A stretch of DNA of 64,000 nucleotides from an uncultured Gemmatimonadales bacterium (GCA_963816355.1 CAWFKH010000006.1:224001-288000); one strand, 5' to 3'; shown: positions 46,984 to 57,430, counted from the stretch's first letter. Numbers and translations: made by a program. The notes: generated by a model from the letters alone, not told the origin.

Positions 46984-49671
46984 TCACTCGCTCGCCACCG
47001 GCAGCGTGAACGCGGCGGTCAGCCCCGCCCCCGGGCCGGGATCGATCCAGAACTCACCGCCGAGGCCGCGGGCCGCGCTGCGGGCTTCCGCGAGGTCGAG
47101 CGGGCTCGTACCGGCGGTCTCGGTCGACGCGGCGAGGCCCTCGGCGGTTACGGGCGGACCGTCGTCGGCGATGGTGAACTGCACCCAGGGGCCCACGCGA
47201 TCGGCCGCGACCACGACCCGGCCCGTGCGGCCGGCCCGCCGCAGCGCCCGCCGCAGGAGCGTGGACAGCAACCCGGAGGCGCGTTCCGCGTCGCAAAGCA
47301 CCTGCGGCAGTCCCGGCTCGATCTCCACGTCGACGGCGGGTCCGGCGGGCTCACTCGCCGCCGTGCAGTGGCGGCGGGCGTGCCGGATCAGTGCGGCGGG
47401 GGAGATGGGGCGGGCCGTGGGTGACACGTGTCCGGCTCCGGCGCGCGCGGCGCTGGCGAGCCGGTCCACGACGGCGCGGATCTCGCCGGCCGCACCGGCC
47501 GCCGAACCACCCCCTCCGAGCGGCTCGGCGCTCGCCGCCGGCCGTGCGCGATCCAGCTCACGTTCCAGACGTTCGAGCGGCGCCCGCAGCTCCTCCGCCG
47601 CCGTGTAGAAGACTTCGGCGCGGGCGCGGCTGGTCTCCAGCAGCTCCGCCGCCCGACGCGTCTCCTCCACCAGCCTCGCGCGGTCCACGGCCGTGGCGAT
47701 CTGTTCGGCGAACGCCTCGAGCACGTGCATGTGCTCGGGATCGCGAACGCCGCGCCCGGCGCGGATTCCCAGCACGCCCAGCCGCTGGCCGGACGCGCTG
47801 AGCGGCACGTAGAGATGCTCGGCCTCGGGCAGCGTCTCCGTGCCGCGGCCGGCCGCCTGCCCGTGGTCGAAGACCCAGCGCACCACCGCGTCCTCTCGCG
47901 TGCGCAGCGCGCGCGTCGCCCGTGCGGACGGCTCGAGGGACGCGCCCGCGGCGGGGTGAGGCCCCCCTCCCGGGTCGCCCGTGGCGACGGATCGCAGCTC
48001 GCCCAGCGCGTTGGGCGCCAGGATCACCACGTCGGCGTCGAAGGTCGATGCGACGTGTCGCGCGCCGACACGGAGCGACTCGCGCGGATCGCTGGTCCGC
48101 ACCAGCTCGGCGCTGAGCTGGAGAAGCGCGGCCGTGCGGCGCTCGCGTCGCCGCGAAACTGCCGCCTGCCCGCGCAGCCGGTCCGTCAGCGTCGTGATGA
48201 CCAGCGCCACCAGCAGCATCACGGCGAAGACGATGAAGTACTGGGTGTCCGCGACGGCGAACGTGTAGAACGGGGGAACGAACACGACGTCGAACGTGGC
48301 GACGGCACCCACCGCCGCCACGACGGACGGGCCGCGCCCGAGGCGGCTCGCGACGAACACGACCGTCACGAGGTACAGCATCAGCACGATCGACGGCGCG
48401 ACGTGCGGCCGCAGGGGGAAGGCGAGGGCCGTGCACAGCGCAATGGCCGCTGCGGCCGCCGCATAGGCCCGGGGCGCCGCCCGCCCGGAATCCCGATTGG
48501 CGCGGCGCGGCGCCGTGCCGGTCTCCTCCCCGGGCGCCGTGATCACGTAGACGTCGACGTCGCCGCTGCCCCGCACGACGTCCTCCAGCTTCGACCCCAG
48601 CAGCCGGTCGCGCCACGCCGCGTGCGTCGGCTTGCCCACCACGATCTTCGTTGCGTTGTCCCGCCGCGCGTACTCCAGCAGCTCGTCCACGCCGCGGCCG
48701 CCCACGGTCACGGCCGTTCCGCCCAGCTTCTCGGCGAGCCGCAGCGTCTCCCACACGCGGTCGCGGTCCGGCTCGGACCAGCCGGCGTACTCGGGGGTCT
48801 CCACGAAGACGGCGCTCCACTCCGCGCCGAGGCCGTCCGCCAGCCGCTTCGTCGCCCGCACCAGACGCTGGGACGACGGCGCCGGGCCGACGCCGACGAC
48901 GATCCGCTCGCGCACCGGCCACGTCCGGCCCACGCCGAAGGCCCGCCGGTACACGCGCAGGTCCGCGTCCACCCGCTCCGCGGTCTGTCGCAGCGCGATC
49001 TGCCGCAGCGCGATGACGTTGCCTCGCCGGAAGAAGTGGTCCGCCGCGCGGCGGGCCTGTTCCGGAACGTAGACCTTTCCCTCGCGCAGCCGCTTGAGCA
49101 GGACCTCCGGTGAGATGTCGACGAGCGCGATCTCGTCCGCACGTTCGAGCAGCGCGTCGGGCACCGTCTCGCGCACCTTCACGTGCGTGATGCGCGCGAC
49201 GACGTCGTTCAGACTCTCGACGTGCTGCACGTTCAGCGTCGTGTAGACGTCGATCCCGGCGCCGAGCAGCTCCTCGGCGTCCTGCCAACGCTTTGCGTGA
49301 CGACTTCCGGGCGCGTTCGTATGCGCCAACTCGTCCAGCAGCAGGATGGGCGGCCTGCGCTCCAGCGCCGCGTCCAGGTCGAACTCCTCGAGCGTGACGC
49401 CCCCGTGCCCGATCGTGCGTCGCGGCAGCACCTCGAGCCCCGCCAGCAGCGCCTCGGTCTCCGAGCGGCCGTGCGTCTCCACGACGCCGACCAAGACGTC
49501 CAGCCCCTCGCGCTGCCGCTCGCGCGCCGCCTCCAGCATCGCGTACGTCTTGCCCACCCCCGGGACGGCACCGAAGAACACCGTGAGTCGGCCTCGATGC
49601 CGCTCCGGCTCGAGGGCCTCCAGGTGCGCGAGCAACGCGTCGGGATCGGGACGCCGATCCTCCGTGGGCAT
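46984..49671 (-). CDS. kdpD: KdpD-like sensor (KdpD-N, Usp, 4 TM, GAF) with a degenerate kinase domain
   Basis: GAVPGVGKTYAML, LLDELAHTNAPG, TTLNVQHVESLND and IVVGK; H-box reads TAAEELRAPL (no His); N, G1 and G2 boxes are degenerate. Confidence 0.92.
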   Translation of the reverse strand: MPTEDRRPDPDALLAHLEALEPERHRGRLTVFFGAVPGVGKTYAMLEAARERQREGLDVLVGVVETHGRSETEALLAGLEVLPRRTIGHGGVTLEEFDLDAALERRPPILLLDELAHTNAPGSRHAKRWQDAEELLGAGIDVYTTLNVQHVESLNDVVARITHVKVRETVPDALLERADEIALVDISPEVLLKRLREGKVYVPEQARRAADHFFRRGNVIALRQIALRQTAERVDADLRVYRRAFGVGRTWPVRERIVVGVGPAPSSQRLVRATKRLADGLGAEWSAVFVETPEYAGWSEPDRDRVWETLRLAEKLGGTAVTVGGRGVDELLEYARRDNATKIVVGKPTHAAWRDRLLGSKLEDVVRGSGDVDVYVITAPGEETGTAPRRANRDSGRAAPRAYAAAAAAIALCTALAFPLRPHVAPSIVLMLYLVTVVFVASRLGRGPSVVAAVGAVATFDVVFVPPFYTFAVADTQYFIVFAVMLLVALVITTLTDRLRGQAAVSRRRERRTAALLQLSAELVRTSDPRESLRVGARHVASTFDADVVILAPNALGELRSVATGDPGGGPHPAAGASLEPSARATRALRTREDAVVRWVFDHGQAAGRGTETLPEAEHLYVPLSASGQRLGVLGIRAGRGVRDPEHMHVLEAFAEQIATAVDRARLVEETRRAAELLETSRARAEVFYTAAEELRAPLERLERELDRARPAASAEPLGGGGSAAGAAGEIRAVVDRLASAARAGAGHVSPTARPISPAALIRHARRHCTAASEPAGPAVDVEIEPGLPQVLCDAERASGLLSTLLRRALRRAGRTGRVVVAADRVGPWVQFTIADDGPPVTAEGLAASTETAGTSPLDLAEARSAARGLGGEFWIDPGPGAGLTAAFTLPVASE

Positions 49672-50282
49672 CAGCGCTGGGCGCTGGAGGTCGACAGAGA
49701 ATCGAGGGCGAGATTGAGCCCCAGGACGTTCACGCGCGCCTCGCCGAAGATGCCGAGCCACCGGCCCTCGACGTGCCTCCGCACGAGGCTCCGCACGACC
49801 GTCTCATCCAGCCCCCGCTCCCGCGCTACGCGGCCCACCTGCCAGAGCGCGCCCGCCGGCGAGACGTGCGGGTCCAGCCCGCTGGCGGAGGCGGTCACCA
49901 GGTCCACGGGGATCGGCGCCTCGTTGCCCGGATCCGCGGCGCGAAGCGCCGCCACCCGCGCCTTCACCGCGTCCAGCAGCGCCGGGTTCGTGGGTGCCAG
50001 GTTGGAGCCGGCCGACGCCGCGGCGTCGTACGGCACCGGCGAGGTCGCGGAGGGTCGGCTCCAGAAGTAGTCCGGTCTCGTGAAGCGCTGGCCGATCAGC
50101 GCCGAGCCGACGGCCATGCCGTCGCGCTCGAGCAGGCTCCCGTTGGCCCGGTGCGGGAAGATCGCCTGCGCGATTCCCGTGACGAGCAGCGGATAGACGA
50201 CGCCGGTCAGGAGCACGAAGGCCAGCAGGCTGAGGAGCGCCGCGCGCGCGAGCTCGGGGAGGGGATTGCGCGACTTCGTCAT
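49671..50282 (-). CDS. kdpC: K+-transporting ATPase subunit C
   Basis: [36 protein letters not shown] and [11 protein letters not shown]. Confidence 0.97.
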   Translation of the reverse strand: MTKSRNPLPELARAALLSLLAFVLLTGVVYPLLVTGIAQAIFPHRANGSLLERDGMAVGSALIGQRFTRPDYFWSRPSATSPVPYDAAASAGSNLAPTNPALLDAVKARVAALRAADPGNEAPIPVDLVTASASGLDPHVSPAGALWQVGRVARERGLDETVVRSLVRRHVEGRWLGIFGEARVNVLGLNLALDSLSTSSAQR

Positions 50283-50283
50283 C

Positions 50284-52434
50284 TCACGCCCATCCGAGCG
50301 CCGCGAGGAGCATGTCGATCAGCTTGATTCCGACGAACGGCGTGGCCAGCCCGCCGAGCCCGTAGATCAGCAGGTGGTCGCGCAGCAGCCGCGCGGCCGG
50401 ATGCGCGCGGTAGCGCACACCCTTCAGCGCCAGCGGGATCAGGAACACGATGACCAGCGCGTTGAAGATCACGGCGGAGAGGATGGCGCTCGACGGGCTA
50501 CTCAGTCCCATGACGTTGAGCGCGCCCAGACGCGGGTAGATGCCCACGAACGCCGCGGGGATGATGGCGAAGTACTTCGCCAGGTCGTTGGCGATGCTGA
50601 ACGTCGTGAGCGCGCCGCGGGTCATGAGGAGCTGCTTCCCGATCTCGACGATCTCGATGAGCTTCGTCGGGTTCGAGTCCAGGTCCACCATGTTGCTCGC
50701 TTCCTTCGCCGCCTGGGTCCCCGAGTTCATGGCCACGGCGACGTCGGCCTGGGCGAGGGCCGGCGCGTCGTTGGTCCCATCCCCGGTCATGGCCACGAGC
50801 TGCCCCCCGGTCTGATAGCTGCGGATGAGGTCCAGCTTCGCCTCGGGCGTGGCCTCGGCGAGGAAGTCGTCCACGCCGGCCTCGGCCGCGATGGCGGCGG
50901 CGGTCAGAGGGTTGTCCCCCGTGATCATCACGGTCTTGATGCCCATGCCGCGCAGCTCCGCGAAGCGCTCGTGGATACCGCCTTTCACGATGTCTTTCAG
51001 GTGGATCACGCCGAGCACGCGGATCCCCTCGGCCACCACCAGCGGAGTGCCGCCACCCTTGGCCACCTCCTCGACGCGCTCTCGTACGGCACGTGGAAAG
51101 CGGCCGCCCTGCTCCTCGACGTAGCGCTCGATGGCGTCCGTCGCGCCCTTGCGGATGCTGCGCCCGTCCACGTCCACGCCGCTCATTCGTGTCTCGGCGC
51201 TGAACGGGACGAACTGGGCATGCATCTGCTCCATGTCCCGGCCGCGGATGCCGTGTTCGCGCTTCGCCAGCACCACGACGCTTCGGCCCTCCGGCGTCTC
51301 GTCGGCCAGCGACGCGAGCTGGGCCGCGTCCGCCAGCGCAGACGGCTCGACCCCCGGCGCCGGCAGAAACTCCGATGCCTGCCGGTTGCCCAGCGTGATG
51401 GTCCCCGTCTTGTCCAGCAGCAGCACGTCCACGTCGCCGGCCGCCTCCACCGCACGGCCGGACGTGGCGATCACGTTCGCCTGGATCATCCGGTCCATGC
51501 CGGCAATGCCGATGGCGGAGAGGAGTCCGCCGATGGTCGTGGGGATCAGACAGACCAGCAGCGCCACCACGACGCTGAGCGAGATCGGCGCGCCGCGGCC
51601 CGCCGCCGCGGCGCTGTAGATCGAGAACGGGACCAGCGTCACGCACGCGAGCAGGAACACGATGGTGAGCGCCGCGAGCAGGATGTCCAGTGCGATCTCG
51701 TTGGGCGTCTTCTGCCGCGACGCGCCCTCGACCAGCCCGATCATCCGGTCCAGGAAGGACTCGCCGGCGTCTACGCTCACTCGGATCACCAGCCAGTCTG
51801 AGAGCACGTGCGTGCCGCCCGTGACCGAGCTGCGGTCGCCGCCCGCCTCCCGGATGACCGGCGCGCTCTCGCCCGTGATCGCGCTCTCGTCCACCGACGC
51901 GACGCCCTCGATCACCTCGCCGTCGGCGGCAATGGTGTCGCCGGCCGTGGCCAGGATCACATCGCCCTTGCGCAGGTCCGTCGCGTTCGTGGCGTCGAAC
52001 TCCAGGTGGTCCGACGGGTCGCGCAGCTTCTTCGCCACCGTGGTCGTGCGCGCGCGTCGCAACGCTTCCGCCTGCGCCTTGCCGCGGCCTTCCGCCATCG
52101 CCTCCGCGAAGTTCGCGAAGAGCAGCGTGAACCAAAGCCAGAGCGCGACGGCCAGAACGAAGCCCGGCCGCTCTCCGCCGTGGCTCACCAGAGATGCAAG
52201 CCACAGCGTGGTCGTCGCCACGCTTCCCACCCACACCACGAACAGGACCGGGTTTCGCACTTCGTGGCGCGGGTGGAGCTTGCGGAACGCCTCAACGAGG
52301 GCCCGGCCGACGATCGACGGATCGAAGAGACCCCTCCGTTCCGCGCGCTCCGCGCTTCCCGCCGCCTTCTTCTCCGCGATGTCGATGACGTCGCGCCCGC
52401 GCCGCGGGGCCGTCGAGATTCGGGGCGAGCTCAT
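50284..52434 (-). CDS. kdpB: K+-transporting ATPase subunit B
   Basis: [21 protein letters not shown] and [12 protein letters not shown]. Confidence 0.98.
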   Translation of the reverse strand: MSSPRISTAPRRGRDVIDIAEKKAAGSAERAERRGLFDPSIVGRALVEAFRKLHPRHEVRNPVLFVVWVGSVATTTLWLASLVSHGGERPGFVLAVALWLWFTLLFANFAEAMAEGRGKAQAEALRRARTTTVAKKLRDPSDHLEFDATNATDLRKGDVILATAGDTIAADGEVIEGVASVDESAITGESAPVIREAGGDRSSVTGGTHVLSDWLVIRVSVDAGESFLDRMIGLVEGASRQKTPNEIALDILLAALTIVFLLACVTLVPFSIYSAAAAGRGAPISLSVVVALLVCLIPTTIGGLLSAIGIAGMDRMIQANVIATSGRAVEAAGDVDVLLLDKTGTITLGNRQASEFLPAPGVEPSALADAAQLASLADETPEGRSVVVLAKREHGIRGRDMEQMHAQFVPFSAETRMSGVDVDGRSIRKGATDAIERYVEEQGGRFPRAVRERVEEVAKGGGTPLVVAEGIRVLGVIHLKDIVKGGIHERFAELRGMGIKTVMITGDNPLTAAAIAAEAGVDDFLAEATPEAKLDLIRSYQTGGQLVAMTGDGTNDAPALAQADVAVAMNSGTQAAKEASNMVDLDSNPTKLIEIVEIGKQLLMTRGALTTFSIANDLAKYFAIIPAAFVGIYPRLGALNVMGLSSPSSAILSAVIFNALVIVFLIPLALKGVRYRAHPAARLLRDHLLIYGLGGLATPFVGIKLIDMLLAALGWA

Positions 52435-54167
52435 GGGTGCAGCAGGAAGTGCTCGGCCACCGGCCCCAACGCGAGCGCCGGGATGAACGTGAGCGCGCCC
52501 ACGATCGCCACCACGCCCATGAGCATGGCGACGAACAGCGGCGTGTGCGTGGGCAGCGTGCCCGCGCCGGCCGGTACCTTCTTCTTGGCCGCCAGCGATC
52601 CGGCGATGGCGAGCGCGGGCAGCAGCACCCAATAGCGCGCGAACAGCATGGTCAGGCCGCCCAACGTGTCGATGAGCGGCGCGCCCGCGCCGTAACCGGC
52701 GAACGCGCTGCCGTTGTTGTTGCCCATGGACGAGAACGCGTACAGCGCCTCGGAGAAGCCATGCGGCCCCGGGTTGTGCATGGCCGCGACCCCCGCCGGT
52801 GTCACCACGGCGATCGCCGTGCTCGACAGCACCACCGCGGGCGGGACTAGGATCGCCAGCGCCGCCATCTTCATGTCGAACGGATCGATCTTCTTGCCCA
52901 GGTACTCCGGTGTCCGGCCGACCATCAGGCCTGCCACGAACACGGCGACGATGGCGAAGATCAGCATCCCGTACAGCCCGGATCCCACCCCGCCGTAGAC
53001 GACCTCGCCCAGCTGGATCAGCGCCATCGGGACGAGGCCGCCCAGCGGCGTGTACGAGTCGTGCATCGAGTTCACCGACCCGTTCGAGGCCGCCGTCGTC
53101 GCGGCCGCCCACGTGGCGGACGCAGCGACGCCGAAGCGCACCTCCTTCCCCTCCATGTTCCCGCCGGGCTGCGTCGCGCTCGCGTGCTGCGCGACGTCCA
53201 GGCCTTCCAGCCGGGGATTGCCGCGGCCTTCCGCCGCCGCAGTGCCGACGAGCAGCGGGACGAACAGCACGGTCATCGCCGCGAGCACCGCCCAGCCCTG
53301 ACGCCGGTCGCCCACCATCACGCCGAAGGTGTACGTGAGCGCCGCCGGGATGAGCAGGATCGCCAGCAGCTCGAGGAAATTCGAGAGCGGCGTCGGGTTC
53401 TCGAACGGGTGCGCCGAGTTGGCGTTGAAGAAGCCGCCGCCGTTCGTCCCGAGCTGCTTGATGGCCACCTGCGACGACGCCGGGCCGAGCGCGATTCGCT
53501 GTACGCCGGCCGCCGCATCCGGCGCCGGGTCAAGGGCGCGCGTGGTGGCGTACGGCCGCAGCGTCTGGACCACCCCCTGCGACGTTTGCACGACCGCCAG
53601 GATCAGCGCCAGCGGCAGCAGGATGTAGAGCACTCCGCGGGTCAGGTCGACCCAGAAGTTGCCGATCGTCGCGGCCTGCTTCCGCGCCAGCCCGCGCACC
53701 AGCGCCACCAGCACGGCCATTCCCGTCGCGGCGGAGACGAAGTTCTGGACGGTGAGTCCCGCCATCTGCGTCAGGTAGCTCAGCGTGCTCTCGCCGCCGT
53801 AGCTCTGCCAGTTCGTATTGCTCGTGAAGCTGACCGCCACGTTCCACGCGGTGTGCGGCGGGACGTCCGGCACGTGTTCGGGGTTCAGCGGCAGGTGACC
53901 CTGCACGCGCAGCAGCGCGTAAAGGAAGAACAGACCGCAGGCGTTGAAGAGCAGCAATGCCGCGGCGTAGCTGCCCCACTCCATCTCCCGCTCCGGGTCC
54001 ACGCCGCACAGCCGGTAGATGAGCCGCTCCAGCGGCCCCAGCGCGCGCTCGAGCCCGAAGACGGGGCCGCCCTGATAGACCCGCGCCATGTAAGCGCCGA
54101 GCGGCTTCACCAGGACCAGTACGGCGAGGACGTACAGCGCGATCTGCGCCCAACCGTTTCCGGTCAC
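52431..54167 (-). CDS. kdpA: K+-transporting ATPase subunit A
   Basis: [36 protein letters not shown] and [13 protein letters not shown] start overlaps the kdpF stop. Confidence 0.97.
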   Translation of the reverse strand: MTGNGWAQIALYVLAVLVLVKPLGAYMARVYQGGPVFGLERALGPLERLIYRLCGVDPEREMEWGSYAAALLLFNACGLFFLYALLRVQGHLPLNPEHVPDVPPHTAWNVAVSFTSNTNWQSYGGESTLSYLTQMAGLTVQNFVSAATGMAVLVALVRGLARKQAATIGNFWVDLTRGVLYILLPLALILAVVQTSQGVVQTLRPYATTRALDPAPDAAAGVQRIALGPASSQVAIKQLGTNGGGFFNANSAHPFENPTPLSNFLELLAILLIPAALTYTFGVMVGDRRQGWAVLAAMTVLFVPLLVGTAAAEGRGNPRLEGLDVAQHASATQPGGNMEGKEVRFGVAASATWAAATTAASNGSVNSMHDSYTPLGGLVPMALIQLGEVVYGGVGSGLYGMLIFAIVAVFVAGLMVGRTPEYLGKKIDPFDMKMAALAILVPPAVVLSSTAIAVVTPAGVAAMHNPGPHGFSEALYAFSSMGNNNGSAFAGYGAGAPLIDTLGGLTMLFARYWVLLPALAIAGSLAAKKKVPAGAGTLPTHTPLFVAMLMGVVAIVGALTFIPALALGPVAEHFLLHP

Positions 54168-54256
54168 GAAAAGCGCTCCGGAGCAAGCAGCGCGACCGTC
54201 AGGTAGAGCAGGAGCAGGAGCGCCAGGCCACCGCCGATCCAGTACGCCGCGGTCAC
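54164..54256 (-). CDS. kdpF: KdpF small subunit (30 aa)
   Basis: Own translation: [30 protein letters not shown]; the YLxxALLxPERF ending is KdpF-typical; GTGA overlaps at both ends. Confidence 0.9.
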   Translation of the reverse strand: MTAAYWIGGGLALLLLLYLTVALLAPERFS

Positions 54257-54348
54257 GGGCGCCCCTGCAGGCTCCGCGCGATCCGCAGAAGGCCCCACGA
54301 GACCGCGAAGAACGCGGCCGCGAGGGCAGTGAAGGCAAGATCCGCCAT
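54253..54348 (-). CDS. Small hydrophobic peptide upstream of kdpF (31 aa)
   Basis: Own translation: MADLAFTALAAAFFAVSWGLLRIARSLQGRP; RBS GGAGG; stop overlaps the kdpF start. Confidence 0.75.
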   Translation of the reverse strand: MADLAFTALAAAFFAVSWGLLRIARSLQGRP

Positions 54349-54418
54349 CCGAATTGCCTCCGAATTGATTGAACCCACTCCGGTCGACCGGCGAGGCCGC
54401 TCGCTCGGTTGCGGCTTC

Positions 54419-54486
54419 AATCTGCCACTCGGCGCCTCAAGATCGCGTGAGGATCGAGCCCGGAGCTACAAGGATGTCGTGAAGAA
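54419..54486 (-). promoter_or_regulatory. Four-box direct-repeat operator plus -10-like hexamer upstream of the kdp operon (candidate KdpE site)
   Basis: TTCTTCACG, ATCCTTGTA, ATCCTCACG and ATCTTGAGG start at 54486, 54475, 54454 and 54443; CAGATT follows 10 bp later. Confidence 0.7.
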
Positions 54487-54546
54487 TTCCGAAAGGGTCA
54501 GAACCGGCGCGCCGGGGCGAGGTTCGACGGCGCGGCGGCGGCGGTG

Positions 54547-54600
54547 CAGGCAGGAGATCAGGCAGGAGATCAGACCGGGAGATCAGACCGGGGGATCAGG
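54547..54600. repeat. 12-13-bp tandem repeat (CAGGCAGGAGAT / CAGACCGGGAGAT) ending at the reconstructed kinase stop codon
   Basis: Read directly from the sequence. Confidence 0.8.
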
Positions 54601-56211
54601 CCGCGGGTAGGCCGCCCTGGACGAGCTCCACCGCTACGAGCCGCAACTCGAACCGGCTGCCCCCGCCGGGGCGCGGCGCGTAGCGCACCTGCCCGCCCTG
54701 CGCCTCGGCGAGCGTCCGCGCGATCGTGAGCCCCAGGCCGGTCCCGGGCTGCCGGCCGGAGGGCGGCTCGACCGCACGATGAAACGCCTCGAAGATCCGC
54801 TCCGCCTCCTCCGCCGGGACACCGCGCGCCGCGGTCCGCGACGGCGAACACCAGCTCGTCTCCTTGCTCTCGAGACCCGCAGCTCGACGCGCGAGCCGGC
54901 CGGCGAGTACTTCAGCGCGTTCTCCAGCAGGTTTACGAGCGAGCGCAGCGCGTGCACGAAGTCGAAGCGGCCCACGAGGATCTCGTCGCCGGGGAGGTCG
55001 ACGTTCAGCCGGTCCGCGCCAGCTGCCGCCGAAAGCTGCTGCAGCGCGGCGCCGACGAGATCGTCCGCGGCGTTCAGCTCGAGGTCGAGCGGCAGCGCGC
55101 CCGAGCGGGCGCGCGAAAGGTCCAGCAGGTCGGCCACGAGCCGGTTGAGGCGGTCCGCTTCCTCTTCGATGACGGCCGCGCGCTCGTCGCCGCCTGCCCG
55201 CAGGTCGCTCGCGAGCGCCTTGATGGTCGTCAGCGGAGTGCGCAGGTCGTGCGAGACCGTCGCGATGAGCGCGTCCTTGAGCCGATCCGCTTCGCGCAGC
55301 GCGGCTGCGTGCTCCGCTTCCGCGGCGAGGCGCGTCCGCTCGACGCCGAGCGCGGCGTAGTACGCCAGCGGCGCGGCGAGCCTCGCCTGATCCACGAGCA
55401 GGCGGACGCCGCGGGCATCCTCCAGCCGGAGCAGTCCCACCACGCGCTCGCGTGCGCGCAGCGGCAGCAGCACCACGCGCGCTTCGCCGGCCGCCAGCAG
55501 CGCCGCCTCCACGCCTTCGCCCCGGGGACGCAGATGGGAGGTGCCGTCCAGCCGCTCGAAGGCGACGACGCCCTTCTCCGTCACCAGCCGGAACAGCTCG
55601 CTCTCGCCCCGCACGCGGGGGGCGGCCGCGTCGCCATCGTCATCGCCCCCGGCGGCCGCGAGGAGGCGGATGTCCTCGCCTTTGCCGTCGCGCAGGTACA
55701 CGCCGCACCAGGCGACGCCCAGCTCGCTCCGCGTCACCCGCGCGATGGCCGCCACCGCGTCCTCGGCGCGCGCCACGCTCAGCGTCTCGGCGCCTAGCGT
55801 CGCCAGGCGATCCAGCTCGGCCGCGCGGCGCCGCGCCAGCTCCGCCTCCCGCCGTGAGCGGTGCAGCAGCTCCGCGGCGACCGCGCCCGTCACGAGGAAT
55901 GCGCCCAGCACCAGCCAGTCCACGGGGTTCTCGATGGCCAGCGTGTAGTACGGCGGCAGCAGGAAGAAGTTGAAGGCGAGGAAGCACGCGACGGAGACGG
56001 CGAAACCGACGACGCGTCCCGAGCGCGCGCTGGCGAAGAGCACGACCAGCAGGTAGGCCAGCGCCATGTGCGCCTTGTCCAGCTCGCCGCGCAGCTCGTG
56101 CAGCGCGAGCGTCACCGCCGCTGCGAGCGCCAGCCACAGCAGCAGCGCCAGGAGCACGCGGGTGCGTGCCCGGGACGCGTCAGTCGAGGGCGACGAAGCG
56201 GTAGCCGACAC
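54596..56211 (-). CDS. Short KdpD-like histidine kinase (4 TM, GAF, HisKA, HATPase) with two apparent +1 frameshifts near 54868 and 54826
   Basis: FNFFLLPPYYTL, VSHDLRTPL and LVNLLENALKY in the main frame; ELVFAVADRG and GVPAEEAERIFEAF...GTGLGLTIAR...FELRL in shifted frames; stop at 54596. Confidence 0.85.
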
Positions 56212-56884
56212 CGGGCTCCGTGATGATCAGGCGCGGCCGAACGCTCTCGCGCTCGATCTTGCGGCGCAGACTCGCCACGTAGACGCGCAGATACTGCTGC
56301 GGATCGCCGGAGGAGCGCGCCCAGACGCTGTTGAACAGGCTCGCGTGCGTCATGGTCCGGCCGGCGTTGCGCACGAACGCCCGCAGCAGCTCCCACTCCG
56401 TCGGCGTCAGGTGGATCGGCTCGCCGTCACGCTCGATGGTGCGCGCGCCGAGATCGATGCGCAGTCCGTCCGCCACGACCGGGCCCTCGCCGCCCGGATT
56501 CGCCGACGCCGCCGCGCGGCGCAATTGCGCCCGCACCCGGGCCCGCAGCTCCCCCGGGCTGAACGGCTTCGTGACGTAGTCGTCGGCACCCGCCTCCAGC
56601 AACGCGATCTTGTCGCCTTCGCCGTGACGGGCGGACAGGACGATGATCGGCGCCGTCGACCACTTCCGCACCTCACGGCAGACCGCCAGGCCCTGCCCAT
56701 CCGGCAGCGCCAGGTCCAGCACGATCAGAGCGGGGCGCTGCGCCGCCGCGAGGTCCAATGCCGCGGTCGCCGACCCCGCCTCCACGACTCGGTCGAACTC
56801 CTCGGCCAGCGCGTTGCGCACCGCGCGGCGGATGTGCGGCTCGTCATCCACCACCAGCGCGACCGACGGCCCGTCTCGTTCCAT
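56180..56884 (-). CDS. kdpE: KdpE response regulator (OmpR family)
   Basis: LVVDDEP, VLDLALPD, IIVLSAR, GADDYVTKPF, HLTPTEW, YLRVYV and ITEPGVGYRF. Confidence 0.95.
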   Translation of the reverse strand: MERDGPSVALVVDDEPHIRRAVRNALAEEFDRVVEAGSATAALDLAAAQRPALIVLDLALPDGQGLAVCREVRKWSTAPIIVLSARHGEGDKIALLEAGADDYVTKPFSPGELRARVRAQLRRAAASANPGGEGPVVADGLRIDLGARTIERDGEPIHLTPTEWELLRAFVRNAGRTMTHASLFNSVWARSSGDPQQYLRVYVASLRRKIERESVRPRLIITEPGVGYRFVALD

Positions 56885-56967
56885 TCCGCTCCATTCCTTC
56901 CCGGATCCCCATGAAATCTCGCTCCCCGGACGGCGGCTGCACAGAGGACGCGTGGATCGATCAGGAG

Positions 56968-57035
56968 TTCTTTGTGTTTTCTTTGTGCCGCCGACCCCGA
57001 TCCTTGTGCGATCCTCACGTCCGCGGTGCCACCAT
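56968..57035 (+). promoter_or_regulatory. Four-box direct-repeat operator plus -10-like hexamer upstream of TPR-kup (candidate KdpE site)
   Basis: TTCTTTGTG, TTCTTTGTG, ATCCTTGTG and ATCCTCACG start at 56968, 56979, 57000 and 57011; CACCAT follows 10 bp later. Confidence 0.7.
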
Positions 57036-57076
57036 CCAGTGCTCGGCAGACTCAGGAAAGGGACGCAGGAACGACC

Positions 57077-57430
57077 GTGGATCCGGCTCGCGACGGGTAC
57101 GAAGCGCTCATCGAGCGCGCACGTGGCTGCCTCGACGCGCATGACCTCGAAGGGGCGGAAGCCTTCGCGCGCTCGGCCGCGGGGGCCGATCCCGGCGCGC
57201 CGGCGGCCTTCCATCTTCTCGGCGTGGTCTCCGAGGCACGCTCGGACCGGCGGGATGCACAGCGGTTCTACCGTGTCGCGCTCGCCCTCGACCCCGCGTA
57301 CGGCCCGGCGCTCCACCAGCTTCAGCGGTCGATGCAGCCGCCGTCCCAGCGCACCTCTCCGCTCTGGCCGCCTCCCGCCGAGCCGATCGCCGGCAAGGCG
57401 CCCACCGCGGAACAGGCCGGCAGCCGCTGA
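57077..57430 (+). CDS. Small TPR protein
   Basis: AFHLLGVVSE...AQRFYRVALALDPAY, a TPR pattern; GTG start after AGGA. Confidence 0.75.
   Translation: MDPARDGYEALIERARGCLDAHDLEGAEAFARSAAGADPGAPAAFHLLGVVSEARSDRRDAQRFYRVALALDPAYGPALHQLQRSMQPPSQRTSPLWPPPAEPIAGKAPTAEQAGSR

Noticed and set aside
54349..54540. c-di-AMP (ydaO) riboswitch upstream of kdp, kup or ktrB
   Set aside because: I could not find the conserved ydaO sequence blocks by eye; the kdp and kup leaders are short and explained by the direct-repeat operator. An Rfam scan would settle it.
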